Positions 38,450 through 50,383 of a stretch of 64,000 nt of DNA are shown in pieces. A program made the position numbers and the translations under genes. The DNA lies in assembly GCF_006345805.1 (NCBI RefSeq), contig NC_043024.1:9238001-9302000 (forward strand). The letters are read 5' to 3'. This stretch comes from Octopus sinensis. Taxonomy: Eukaryota. The notes below the pieces were generated by a model that did no database searches, was not told where the DNA came from, and saw nothing but the letters and a program-made list of their open reading frames with translations. The first letter of the stretch is position 1, and each line of letters opens with the position of its first letter.

Positions 38450-38983
38450 AGCTGCTGCACAAATGTCGTAGCTAACATGGTTGGCTACAAGCCAAAAAAA
38501 AACAACAAAAAACGGTAGTAGAGGAGGAATTACAACCGTGTGTTTGTGGTCTGCTACCACAATAGCTCCTTTATAGCATGCTTTTCAACCTTTTGGCTGG
38601 AGCGGAACCCAGACTTTTGATGAGAATGGCGATTGACGTCTATATCTAGCATGTTTTGACTGTCCACTTTTCGTGTGCAGTCTTAATTGGTAATATAAAT
38701 ATTTTAATCTTCGGATTCTTTTTTAATATGCTAGACCACTGGTTCTAATTGATAAATATCAATTTGTTACCCTAAATTTAATTTTATATTATATATATAT
38801 ATATATATAATATATATTATTATCGCCCGATACTAATATGGGCATTCTATAAAAAATAAGAAAAAAGCTGACCGCTTATTAGCTCCATGAGGCCATCGCC
38901 TTAAGTTAGCTATTTGATACACAAACTGTATCCATATAACCTTTGAACAAGGGAGGTCAGTCGCTCCACACTACTGGCCGGCA

Positions 38984-39025
38984 GCTACAGACGCGTTTCG
39001 GGGTATTGCCCCTTTTCAATGCAGC
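38984..39025 (-). ncRNA. Type I hammerhead ribozyme, U3-A8 variant (copy 1)
   Basis: Minus: gctgca-TTGAAAA-gggg(caata)cccc-GAAA-cgcg-TC-tgtagc; stem I 6 bp, stem II 4 bp, palindromic ACGCGT stem III, GUC cleavage triplet. Confidence 0.85.
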
Positions 39026-39347
39026 GTAGCCAAACCAGTAGGTGTCGCTTCCGACAATCTCTGTTCAAAGGTTTTATTTACCTAGATTCGGTGGAATACA
39101 TCCACTTGTTTTCAATAATAGAAAATTATTAAATTACTAAGTCTCTCTAAAAGAGAACAACGGCAGCGTTCCCGGAAAATATTATTTATCGCCATACTAA
39201 TATGGCATTCTTATAAAAATAAGAAAAAAGCTGGCCGCTTATTAGCTCCATGAGGCCATCGCCTTAAGTTAGCTATTTGATACACAAACTGTATCCATAT
39301 AACCTTTGAACAAGGGAGGTCAGTCGCTCCACACTACTTGGCCGGCA

Positions 39348-39389
39348 GCTACAGACGCGTTTCGGGGTATTGCCCCTTTTCAATGCAGC
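39348..39389 (-). ncRNA. Type I hammerhead ribozyme, U3-A8 variant (copy 2)
   Basis: Identical to 38984-39025; predicted cleavage between 39354 and 39353. Confidence 0.85.
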
Positions 39390-39656
39390 GTAGCCAAACC
39401 AGTAGGTGTCGCTTCCTAAATCTTTATTATGATTATAAAAATCTTACAGAGATAGTACATTACAATACAAAACATAATTACAAAAAGTTTACGTTGTTCG
39501 TTTGATATTTACATATGTTGATTATTGATTATGATACTAGACTTTACTTTTCTCCTTTTTTTTTTTTTTAAATTAAAAATGATTTTGGCCAGCTAGGTAT
39601 ATCACAGTCAGGATTCTTACCCGACAGCCTAAGAGCCCAGAGACTATTTTCTCCCT

Positions 39657-42600
39657 TCATGATGACCAAGCAGGGTTACTCACACCCACCTTTTTTATCA
39701 CATCCTTCCATCGATTCACATACTTTTTCTGTGTCAGGTTCCTCTTCTCTAAATCCATCTTGCTCTTTAGATGGTATCTGAAGTATTTTAACATACCATA
39801 TCCAGAGACAAAGGATCCTGACACCAAACCTTCCAATCTAGTTCTCCACACACACTCTTTCAGTACTGCCACCGTACAGTGAAAACAAGCCTCACCTTCC
39901 TTTGAGAGTCCAGCTGGCGGTATCATCTTTATTATAGAACCAGCCGATAGCTGTACTCGTCCCAGATGCGACAACACGTGTTCTACGTAACTTATTAAGC
40001 CTGACAGCTCCTGACAATGTACAAAAGCGTGCTGGACGGTTTCATCGTCCAACCCACATCTTGGACATGTCGGTGGCACTGACATTCCATGCCTATATAA
40101 CTTATCGCGAACAGGTAGAGCATTCCTATAGCACTGCCAAGTCAGGGATTTTTGGTAATTGTCCAAATACCCCGGCTTGAAAGTCTTCTTAAACAGGTCG
40201 GATAGTTGATCCTCATCGAACCCCAGAGACCCTCTTAGGACGTCGTCATTTTTTGCCTCTACCATCCTTCTATAAAATGTCGAGGTGGTATTCCCGCAGC
40301 CGGCTTTGCCTATCTTGTGGATCAGCCAGAGTGCCTGTCGGCACTCTTTCTGCCATAAAGTCAGTTCCGTCTTTTAATGAAACCGGGTTTAAATCTCTCC
40401 ATAGAGTCCGGTTGCGGGAAGAAATTATCTGCCAGCGGACTCCACACCTTATCACCTTCCAGGTGAAACCAGAGATGTCTCAGTCTCAGCGCATGCCTGC
40501 GCATCATTAACCAAGGCATCCCCAGCCCACCTTTAGTGGTTCCTGGCAACACACGGAGCGCCTTACAAGTGGCTTTCCTCCCTTCCACAAAAAGCGGAAA
40601 AGGAGTCGATCCAACTTGCTTAGCCACAAATCGGGGCAAGGCACGACAGTCAGGCGATAGGTGATTACAGATGCTATAAACACCTGTACCACCTCCGCCC
40701 TCCCTTTCAAGGAAAGATGCCTTCCGGACCACTCCCAAACTATGGCTTCTACCTTGGTCACTACCTCGCTCCAATTTTTCTCCGTCTGGGAGTCTGAACC
40801 AAACCAAACTCCAAGCAATTTAACAGGACCATCTGTCCAGTGTCCAACAACACTGGACGATATCGGCTTGTTCCTCCAGGTGCCGAGGCGCAAACCAGTG
40901 GACTTGTCCTTGTTAACTTTTGCCCCAGCCACCGCTTCGTATCTTCGGAGAGCACCTTCTACACGAGTTAGTTGTGCTTCGTTGGACACGATGAAGGTGA
41001 CGTCATCCGCATACGCAGAAACAGACTTACCGCATCCGATTTCATTAGGATTGCATCTCACCGTCTCCAACTTCCGCAGCAATGGCTCAAGAGCCAAAAC
41101 GTACAGGAGAGGGGACAAGGGACATCCTTGACGAACTGAACGCTTAATCGAAAACGGTTCCGTTAAGTAACCGTTTATCTGGACTGTGGACTTGATACCG
41201 CTGTACATAGCTGATATCCACCCGCGAAAGTCAGGACCTAGCCCAGCCGCTTCGAGAACCGTCGCCAGGTACTGATGATCTACCCTATCAAATGCTTTAC
41301 TTTGGTCTAAATGGACCAATGCCCCTCCTTTGCCGGCTAATTGCCCAACCCTGTCTATAGTGTAGCGTAGAAGGTGAAGATTATCTTCGATCGACCTGCC
41401 TGGGATTGCACATGTCTGTGCCTTTCCGACAAGTTTTTCCATGACGACCTTCAACCTTTCTGCTAACACCTTGGCCAAAATCTTTAACTCTACATTAAGT
41501 AGAGTTATGGGCCTATAATTACTAATATTATCCCCCTTGCTCGGGTCTTTCTGGATCAGCGTCACAACTCCCCGGCTCACAGAACTGGGAATCCTCCCAT
41601 TCTGTTGCCAGTTTGCGTAGACGCTTGCCAGTATGTCCCCGAACAAGTCCGGCATACAACAATAAAACTCATAGGGCAGACCATCCAGTCCCGGCGACTT
41701 TTCCCGGGCGCATTCAGCCAAAACCCCTCTTACCTCCGCGGGAGTAATCGGTCCTTCACAGCGTTCCGCTCTGCTTGGCGAGAGCCGAGGCCCACCAGCT
41801 AGGAAGTTCTGTAAGTCCTCCCCTCGCTCGAGTGGATCGCCCTCCCCAAACAACCGAGCGAAATGCTGTTGAAAGACCTTCTGTATCTCCTCCTGTCCAT
41901 AGATTTTGCGTCCCTGTTCGTCAGTTAAAGACTTAATAGAGGACTTTTTGCCCTTCTGACTCTCCACACGACGTGCCCATCCGGCAACATTAATACCTTC
42001 TCGTTTCACTGCACGTAGCTTAGCTCTGACTCTACATCCTTCATGCTTGGCATTGAGGTGACGGTACAAGATCGTTCTCTCTGCTAACACTCTAGATGCA
42101 CAGCCAGATCCCATTGCCTCGTCTAAGTTCTTAACTAAATCGCCCTCTATTCTAGTCCTATCTAAACTTAGCTGGTTGCTAAATCTAATGGACTCCAAAC
42201 GGATGGCTCTTTTGAGGGCGATCCACCATCTATTATTAATGATGGTTCCACATAATGCCCTCTGGACTAATTCCATAATCCGGTTACGGAAAGCTTCACA
42301 AGCCAAAATAGACTTGTTCATTTTCCAGTATCCGGGTCCCTGTCTATGGCATTTATCTACATGTACCTCACACGTCACTAATTTGTGATCCGTGTAAGGC
42401 ACAATACAAAATTGTGGACAGCTAATGCTATTCCTATCTCGTTCTTTAACAAATACCCTATCTATATACGATCTGCGTGAGCCGTCATTGTTACTCCACG
42501 TCCACTGTGGAATGCTCGGCTCATCCATTCGAAACCGATCTACTAGATTAAAGCTCGTCAGTAGACCCTTAAGGCAAGGATTCCCCCTTCTATCAGACGA

Positions 42601-43053
42601 GCCCACACTATCTATCCGCGCATCGATGATAGTGTTGAAATCCCCTACCAATACTACCGTTTTAGACGTCACTAGAAAGTGCTCCAAGTTCCGATAAAAA
42701 CCAGTCTGCCTACCCTCATTAGGAGCATAAACAGCTACCAACCTGAAGGACTGCTTACTTACGTGAGTTACATCGAGGACAACCAGCCTACCTTCTGAGT
42801 CCATAAAGACAGTACTTACCTGTAAGTCCAAGTTCTTCCTGATAAGGACTGCCACGCCTGCACTTCCTCCTCGGCTAGGAGAAATAAATTTCTCGTAACC
42901 ATTGAGAAGATGCGAGAACGCTTGGGTTCCTCTCATCTTGGACTCGGTGACAATGGCTACATCTATTCTGTGTGTCCTGAGGTCGTCCAGCAAGCAAGCC
43001 TGTTTCCATTTCGACCCCATTCCACGCACATTTATACAGCCCAACTTAATCAT
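39657..43053 (-). CDS. ORF2: APE endonuclease + reverse transcriptase + C-terminal zinc finger (~1132 aa after correcting two 1-bp deletions near 40530 and 40365)
   Basis: INVRG, VTE, VYAP, GDFN, YIDR, TDH (APE); GLDG, YRPITLLN, DQSKAFDRV, VRQGCPLSP, YADD (RT); CPRC...ETVQHAFVHC; pieces 43053-40507, 40807-40361, 40265-39657 join in register. Confidence 0.92.
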
Positions 43054-43077
43054 CGATGAATGAAGAAAGTTTGTTAC

Positions 43078-44555
43078 TTACGGTTGTGAGAGGGAGCATG
43101 GCAGCTTTTGTCTGCCTGCCTCCCCCACACTCTCCGTTGTTGCTGGGCATTTAACCGGCGTTGCCACCGGGCTCTGGGATGGAGTGGCTGCCGGGCTAAT
43201 ATTCAATTTTCCAGCTATCACCTCTTGTGTGACATCTTTAATCAGGTTGTCCCTCACGTGTAGTTGGAAGAGTCTCTCCTTCCATTCCTCCTCTCCGACC
43301 TTCGCATACCTCCAATCCGGGTTTTTTTCCGATGATCTGAAACATTTTATGTTTGGTTTCGCCTTTATGTACCAAACTACTCTCTCGTTTTTTGTGTTAT
43401 AAGCAATGCACCTATCGGTTTTTTTGAATCCTTTTAAAGTTGGGGGCTGGGGTTTAATGAAATGCTGGCCTACAAAAGTAGTGCCAGCGGGGTGGGATTG
43501 GATAATTTTTTTGTGTTGTTCTTCTGCGTTTGTTTTTCTTTTTGTTTGGGGTGGGGAGTCCGGGGTATTGGATTTCTTCCTTTTGTTGGTTACAGTCGTA
43601 TATTCCATTACTTCCAGTTTTCCATTTGATAAAATATTTTCCACCTCGTTTTCGTTTTCGCTTTGTTTTCCATTCATTTTCTTTTCCTCCTTTTGACTTT
43701 CATTTTGCTTTTTCCGGGTATTCTCTTTTGTTGTTGCTGTGATGTCTGCTTTGTTCTCCACAGCGGTTTGAATGGGGGCATTAACGGGTTTTTTTCTTTT
43801 TGCACTCTGAGCGGACGTGACCCTTCTGCCCACATTTGAAACATCTGGGCCTACGTCCCTCAACCGATACCCGCGCAGTGTGTCCATCCCCCACGAAGAC
43901 CCTGTCTGGCAAACTCTCCAGCGTTGCATTGTCAGCTTGAACGATCATTTCAAGCTGCTGACCTTTCCAAAATTTTGCCTCTTTCATCCTCATGTTTAAA
44001 ATGTTTAATTTCTCTTCTACGTCGAATACGACCGCTGTTGCTGCCCACATTACATCGTAACCTGTTGGTATATCCTCTATTGTTATCTTAGCTGTTCTGC
44101 GCCCTAAGTACGTGGGCAGCAACAGGATGTCTGCACTCTTCAACGTTTGAGTTGAAATTTCCTTCGCTATGCTAGCCGACTCGAAATGCGCTTCAATAGT
44201 AGCGCTTCTCACTCCTCGGCCAACATAGCGAACCTTGTTCCAAATTGGTGCCATGCACCGTTCTACCAATTCATTTCTTACATCTGCAATCTTTTTTCCT
44301 TAATATTATATACCTTATAAATTACCGTCTTCTCACGGATTGCTTGTAAGGTGTCAGGGGGCGGTATTATTCTCGTTTCTTCTCCATCCTTTGTATGAAC
44401 TTTCTGAACTTGAAGAGATCCTCCATTGTTACTTCCAGTTCTATAACATTGCCTCCAACGGCTTCCGAAAAACTTTGTTTCTCCTTTGTATCCTTTTGCT
44501 TTATAACTTCTCCCATCTCGGGAAAATCAGAATTTGACGTTAAGTCAAGATCCAT
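43078..44555 (-). CDS. ORF1: nucleic-acid-binding protein with CCHC zinc knuckle (~492 aa after correcting three 1-bp indels near 44377, 44295, 43790)
   Basis: ATG at 44555; CFKCGQKGHVRSEC; track ORFs 44367-44606, 43781-44269, 43078-43929 chain via A-run indels; stop is 24 nt before the ORF2 ATG. Confidence 0.75.
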
Positions 44556-45074
44556 AATAAAATGCAAGTGACTTGTCACAAGAGACAAGATAAAAATCAA
44601 ATCCACACTGAATTAAAGTTCATATATAAAAAGAAATTTTCTACCCCGAAGGGCGAAAATTACTTTGTTTCACAAGTTAATACTCCAAAAATTATACGTG
44701 TAAATCCAGAACAGAACGAACTAACATAACAGCTTACAGCGTAAAATAATCCGACGTAATCCAAGGAAAAATCAGTAGGTGTCGCTTCCGACAATCTCTG
44801 TTCAAAGGTTTTATTTACCTAGCTTCGGTGGAATACATCCACTTGTTTTCAATAATAGAAATATTAAAATTACTAAGTCTCTCTAAAAGAGAACAACGGC
44901 AGCGTTCCCGGAAAATATTATTTATCGCCATACTAATATGGCATTCTTATAAAAATAAGAAAAAAGCTGACCGCTTATTAGCTCCATGAGGCCATCGCCT
45001 TAAGTTAGCTATTTGATACACAAACTGTATCCATATAACCTTTGAACAAGGGAGGTCAGTCGCTCCACACATGC

Positions 45075-46620
45075 CGTATGGGATGTGTGTGTGGGTTTAT
45101 TTGTGTGTGTGTGCGTGTGTATGTATGTGCGTTGCGTTTCTTTTTGCGCGTGTGCGTGCGTGTGTGTGCGCATGTTTTGGTGTGCGTATGTATGTGTGTG
45201 TCTATGCTTATATGTGTGTACGTATGTGTATGTGTGCGTGCGCGTGAAGGTATATGTTGTGTGTATGTATATGTGTCGGTGTGTATGTGAATTAGTGTGT
45301 GTTTGTACGTGTGTAAGTGTGTGTGCGTGTATTGTATATATATGTAAATGTGTGTGTGTACGTGCGTGGGAGTGAATGTATGTATGTATGTGCGTGTGTG
45401 TACAAAATGTAGGGGTTTATATGTATGTTTTTATGTTTATATGTGTGTATATATATATGCATGCAAGGGCACACTTCGCAACTGAAAGACTGATGGAGGA
45501 GACTCTTGCGGTGAAGGGCGCATGCGAATCCCCAGGTACAACGCACACACCCAGACGTACGCCCGAAATAAAGCCAGACCCCACAGGCACGCGTGCATGC
45601 ATGTATGTGTGCGTGCGCGCGGGCATGCATGTGTGTGCGTGTGCATGCGAGTGTGTATGTAGGTATGTGTATGTGTGTGTATGTATGTGTGAGTGTGTAT
45701 GTGTGTATGTCTGTGTGTATGTATGTCCGTATGAGTGTATGTAAGTATGTGTGTATATGTGTATGTGTGTATGTGTGTATGAGTGTGTGCGTGTATGTAT
45801 GTGTGTATGTATGTATGCATGTATGTGTGTGTATGTGTGTATGTGTGTATGTATGTGTGCATGCGTGTATGTGTGTATGTGTGTATGTGTGTGTATGTAT
45901 GTATGCATGCATGTGCGTATGTATGTGTGTGTGTATGCATGTGTGTATGTATATGTGTATGTGCGTATATGTGTGTGTGTATATATGTGTGTATGTATGT
46001 GTGTGTATGTATGTGTGTATGCGTGTGTGTATACATGTATGTGTGTATGTATGTGTGTATGTATGTGTGTATGTATGTGTGTATGCGTGTGTGTATACAT
46101 GTATGTGTGTATGTATGTGTGTATGTATGTGTGTGTGTCTGTATATGTTTGTGTGTGTGAATGTATGTATGTATGTGTGTGTACGTATTGCGTGGGGTTT
46201 CCTCTGGAGTTGTGTGGGCGTAATGTATGTATGTATGCGTGTGTGTGTATGTATGCGTGTGTATGTATGTATGTGTGTGTGTATTTATGTATGTATGTGT
46301 GAGTGTATAGGTGTGTGTCTGTATGTATGTATGTCTTGTGTATGAATGTGTGTGTGTATGTGTGTGTATGTGTGTATGTATGTGTGTGTGTAAGTGTTTG
46401 TGCGTATATGTATGTAGGTATATATGTGCGCGCGCATGCATGCATGCATGTGTGTGTATATATGTATACACACACACACACACACACACACCCACGAACG
46501 CACACTCACACACACGACACACAAACAGACAACGCACGCATATGGGGCCGGCCGCACCCCAGGCGCGCGCGTTGGCGCGCGCCCGCGGACCCACGAACAC
46601 CCACACTAAAAAAAACGAAC
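45075..46620. repeat. Long degenerate (TG)n/(TATG)n microsatellite with irregular GC-rich patches
   Basis: Direct reading. Confidence 0.9.
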
Positions 46621-46660
46621 TCCATCATATATATATATATTTATTTATGTGCTTTGATAT

Positions 46661-46703
46661 ATTCAACTGATGACGGCAAAGCTAGAAATCCTGGATCTTG
46701 AAT
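46661..46703 (+). ncRNA. Minimal type I hammerhead ribozyme motif
   Basis: attcaa-CTGATGA-c-ggc(aaa)gct-a-GAAA-tcc(t)gga-TC-ttgaat: canonical core, 6-bp stem I, AUC triplet; first stem II pair is a C.A mismatch. Confidence 0.65.
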
Positions 46704-46848
46704 TATTCAGTAATATCTTTTTGCTAGTCTATTTTGTCCCTCTGTCTTATCTCATGGTGCTATATGAACATTTAACGTGGTTTTTAGAGTCATGGTTTTG
46801 ACTGCTATTTCGGCATGGTGGTGTGTCTCAGACACCCTTATTTTTAGT

Positions 46849-46874
<26 letters not shown>

Positions 46875-46883
<9 letters not shown>

Positions 46884-47090
46884 AAAGTTAATCCAAACAA
46901 GAAAACACAAAAACACAACAACGCGAGGACGTGGAACAAATATAGTATTATTGGACGCTCAGGAAGGAAGGGAAGAAGGTGGGTTTAACGTTTCGAGCGG
47001 AGCTCTTCGTCGGAAACATAGGAGAAGGAAAGATCCCGAGAAGGGAAGACAGAGGAAAAAAAATCGCCAACGGTACACACGAGGTCACAT
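46875..47090 (-). mobile_element. Penelope-like repeat remnant with degenerate hammerhead (46983-47017)
   Basis: Minus: gttt-CCGACGAA-gagc(tcc)gctc-GAAAC-GTT-aaac. Confidence 0.5.
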
Positions 47091-47693
47091 TTTGATATGA
47101 ATGTAAGTATGTATAAATGACAAAGGATCAGGAGTTGTAGCAATTTGCTGTACTTGAGATGCGTCAAGCCAAGGAAAATCGTTGCCAACCCATACATAGA
47201 GCCTCGTCCTCTACAGGGGACAGTGCCACATAAAATGCATTCATACCAGTGCTGTGTAATCGCACCCGTGCCGGTGGCACGTAAAACCTCCAACCACACT
47301 CTGTAAAAGTGGTTGGCGTTATGAAGGACATCCAACCATAGAAGCCATGCCACATGAGACAACTGGAGTCTGAACAGCGCCCCTGGCTGGCCAACTGTTG
47401 TCAAACCATCCAACTCATGCTATGGAAAACTCATGGAAAATTAACTATGGAAAATTAACGTTAAACTAGTTAAATGAAACACGGAATAGGATTGGCACTG
47501 CTGAAATTCAAACTGACCAAGATATCCCGTGCGTCATAATGACATAGCCTATATGCTGCTCCAGAAATTAAAGCAGAACCGTCATTGACTCGAGACTATA
47601 ATTTCCGGAGTTTGTTTCCTGTAAAAAGAATGACAGTCAAACAGATGAGGGGCTTGCCATCTTATATATAGCATTAGCTACTGATCACATGGC

Positions 47694-47732
<39 letters not shown>

Positions 47733-47744
47733 CGTACAATGACA

Positions 47745-49298
47745 CATATACTCTTTTACTCTTTTTTACTTGTTTCAAGTCATTTTGACTGCGGCCATGC
47801 TGGAGCACCGCCTTTTAGTCGAGCAAATCGACCCCGGAACTTATTCTTTTTGTAAGCCCAGCACTTATTCTATCGGTCTCTTTTGCCGAACCACTAGGTG
47901 ACGGGGGACGTAAACACACCAGCATCGGTTGTCAAGTGATGCTAGGGGGACAAACACAGACACACAAACACAGACACACACACATACACACGCACACACA
48001 CACACACACACACATACACGCATATATATACATATATACGACGTGCTTCTTTCAGTTTCCGTCTACCAAATCCACCCAGAAGGCTTTGGTCGGCTCGAGG
48101 CTATAGCAGAAGACACTTGCCCAAGGTGCCACGCAGTGGGACTGAACCCGGAACCATGTGGTTGGTAAACAAGCTACTTACCACACAGCCACTCCGACAT
48201 GTATATATATATATACATATATACGACAGGCTTCTTTTAGTTTCCGTCTACCAAATCCACCCAGAAGGCTTTGGTCGGCCCGAGGCTATAGAAGAAGACA
48301 CTTGCCCAAGGTGCCATGCAGTGGGACTGAACCCGGAACCATGTGGTTGGTAAACAAGCTACTTACCACACAGCCACTCCGACATGTATATATATATATA
48401 CATATATACGACAGGCTTCTTTTAGTTTCCGTCTACCAAATCCACCCAGAAGGCTTTGGTCGGCCCGAGGCTATAGAAGAAGACACTTGCCCAAGGTGCC
48501 ATGCAGTGGGACTGAACCCGGAACCATGTGGTTGGTAAACAAGCTACTTACCACACAGCCACTCCGACATGTATATATATATATACATATATACGACAGG
48601 CTTCTTTTAGTTTCCGTCTACAAATCCACCAGAAGGCTTTGGTCGGCCGAGGCTATAGCAGGAGACACTTGCCCAAGGTGCCACGCAGTGGGACTGAACC
48701 GGAACCATGTGGTTGGTAAACAAGCTACTTACCACACAGCCACTCCGACATGTATATATATATATACATATATACGACAGGCTTCTTTTGTTTCCGTCTA
48801 CCAAATCCACCCAGAAGGCTTTGGTCGGCCCGAGGCTATAGCAGGAGACACTTGCCCAAGGTGCCACGCAGTGGGACTGAACCCGGAACCATGTGGTTGG
48901 TAAACAAGCTACTTACCACACAGCCACTCCGACATTATATATATATACATATATACGACAGGCTTCTTTTAGTTTCCGTCTACCAAATCCACCCAGAAGG
49001 CTTTGGTCGGCCTGAGGCTATAGAAGAAGACACTTGCCCAAGGTGCCACGCAGTGGGACTGAACCGGAACCATGTGGTTGGTAAACAAGCTACTTACCAC
49101 ACAGCCACTCCGACATGTATATATATATATACATATATACGACAGGCTTCTTTTAGTTCCGTCTACCAAATCCACCCAGAAGGCTTTGGTCGGCCCGAGG
49201 CTATAGAAGAAGACACTTGCCCAAGGTGCCACGCAGTGGGACTGAACCCGGAACCATGCGGTTGGTAAGCAGGCTACTCACCACACAGCCACTCCTGT
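47745..49298 (-). mobile_element. Family C SINE whose ~185-bp 5' head is repeated seven times in tandem
   Basis: TATACGAC unit starts near 48035, 48220, 48405, 48590, 48771, 48953, 49137; each unit contains the A and B boxes on the minus strand. Confidence 0.9.
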
Positions 49299-49403
49299 GC
49301 ATGTGTATAAATATACATATTTATGCAAATTCACATAGATGTCACAAACAAATTCTGTGAAGTTTTGTAAATTCAGTTCTACACTATTTAACAGATGAAA
49401 CGC

Positions 49404-49637
49404 GTTTTAGCCTTCAAATGACGCCACCCCGCTGGCTAAGCGAGCAGACCAACAGAAGAAAGAGTGAGAGAAAGTTGTGGCGAAAGGGTACAGCAGGGAT
49501 CACCACCATCCCCTGCCGGACCCTTGTGGAGCTTTTAGTTGTTTTCGCTCAATAAACATTCACAACGCTCGGTCTGGAAATCGAAACCGCGATCCTACAA
49601 CCGCGAGTCCGCTACTCTAACCACATTGCGCCTCCAC

Positions 49638-49638
<1 letters not shown>
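49404..49638 (-). mobile_element. Family A SINE
   Basis: Matches 5-233. Confidence 0.85.
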
Positions 49639-49692
<54 letters not shown>

Positions 49693-49701
49693 CGCGCGCG
49701 C

Positions 49702-49728
<27 letters not shown>

Positions 49729-49732
<4 letters not shown>

Positions 49733-49980
49733 GAGGCGCGTGGCTTAGCGGTTACGGTGTCAGCATCATGATCGTAAGATTGTGGTTTCGATTCCTGGAC
49801 CGGGTGACGCGCTGTGTTCTTGAGCAAAACACTTCATTTCACGTTGCTCCAGTCCATTCAGCTGGCAAAAATGTTGTAACTCTGCGATGGACTGGCGTCC
49901 CGTCCAGCTGGGGAACACATACGCCACAGAAACCGGGAAACCAGGCCCATGAGCCTGGCTAGGCTTTAAAAAGGCGCATT
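49729..49980 (+). mobile_element. tRNA-headed SINE related to family A with a different body
   Basis: TGTGGAGGCGCGTGGCTTAGCGG...GGTTTCGATTCC head, body diverges after CTTGAGCAAAACAC. Confidence 0.7.
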
Positions 49981-50060
49981 TATTTTTATTTATTATATAT
50001 ATATACGTTTATATATTTGTTGTGCAAGATTTTTTATGTGAAGTCGTGTGCTGAAACAGA

Positions 50061-50383
50061 TATTGTTATATTTTGGAATGGTCATTTTGCCAGTTTAGCC
50101 AATAAAAACACACGCACTATATATTTGGTGTTATTTTGCTTCAGTGTTATTTATTTTTTACATTAATCTTAATCTTATTTCGGTCGGAGTTCTTTCGTCA
50201 CACTCCTGTGACCGCATCAGTGGTCCTTTGCTTTCTTCTGTCTTATTTGTGACGAAAGAACTCTGGCCGAAATAAGATTAAGATTAATGTAAAAAAATAA
50301 ATAACATTGAAGCAAAATAACACCAAATATATAGTGCGTGTGTTTTTATTGGCTAAACTGGCAAAATGACCATTCCGAAATAT

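Larger units (their letters stand above)
39417..44772 (-). mobile_element. Full-length L1-clade (Tx1-like) non-LTR retrotransposon, 5,356 bp, 17-bp TSD
   Basis: TSD CAGTAGGTGTCGCTTCC at 39400-39416 and 44773-44789; ORF1 with CCHC knuckle, ORF2 with APE, RT and C-terminal CCHC; AATAAA 6 nt from the 3' end. Confidence 0.95.
38813..45070 (-). repeat. ~363-bp hammerhead-ribozyme tandem repeat (about 2.5 units), interrupted by the L1/Tx1 element
   Basis: AACCTTTGAAC at 38938 and 39301 (period 363); the unit resumes exactly after the TSD at 44790 and ends at 45070; units near-identical. Confidence 0.9.

Noticed and set aside
40661-43742. Plus-strand ORFs overlapping the LINE
   Set aside because: Antisense shadows of ORF1 and ORF2
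43781-43810. Programmed ribosomal frameshift in ORF1 at AAAAAGAAAAAAAC
   Set aside because: Requires a +1 shift and is one of five similar run-associated indels, so sequencing error or mutation is more parsimonious
46540-46600. GC-rich GCGCGC hairpin patch resembling a CpG island or structured RNA
   Set aside because: Short, embedded in irregular microsatellite that looks like low-quality consensus; no supporting features
45292-46606. His/Thr/Tyr-rich ORFs up to 389 aa
   Set aside because: (TG)n/(TATG)n microsatellite lacking stops by composition
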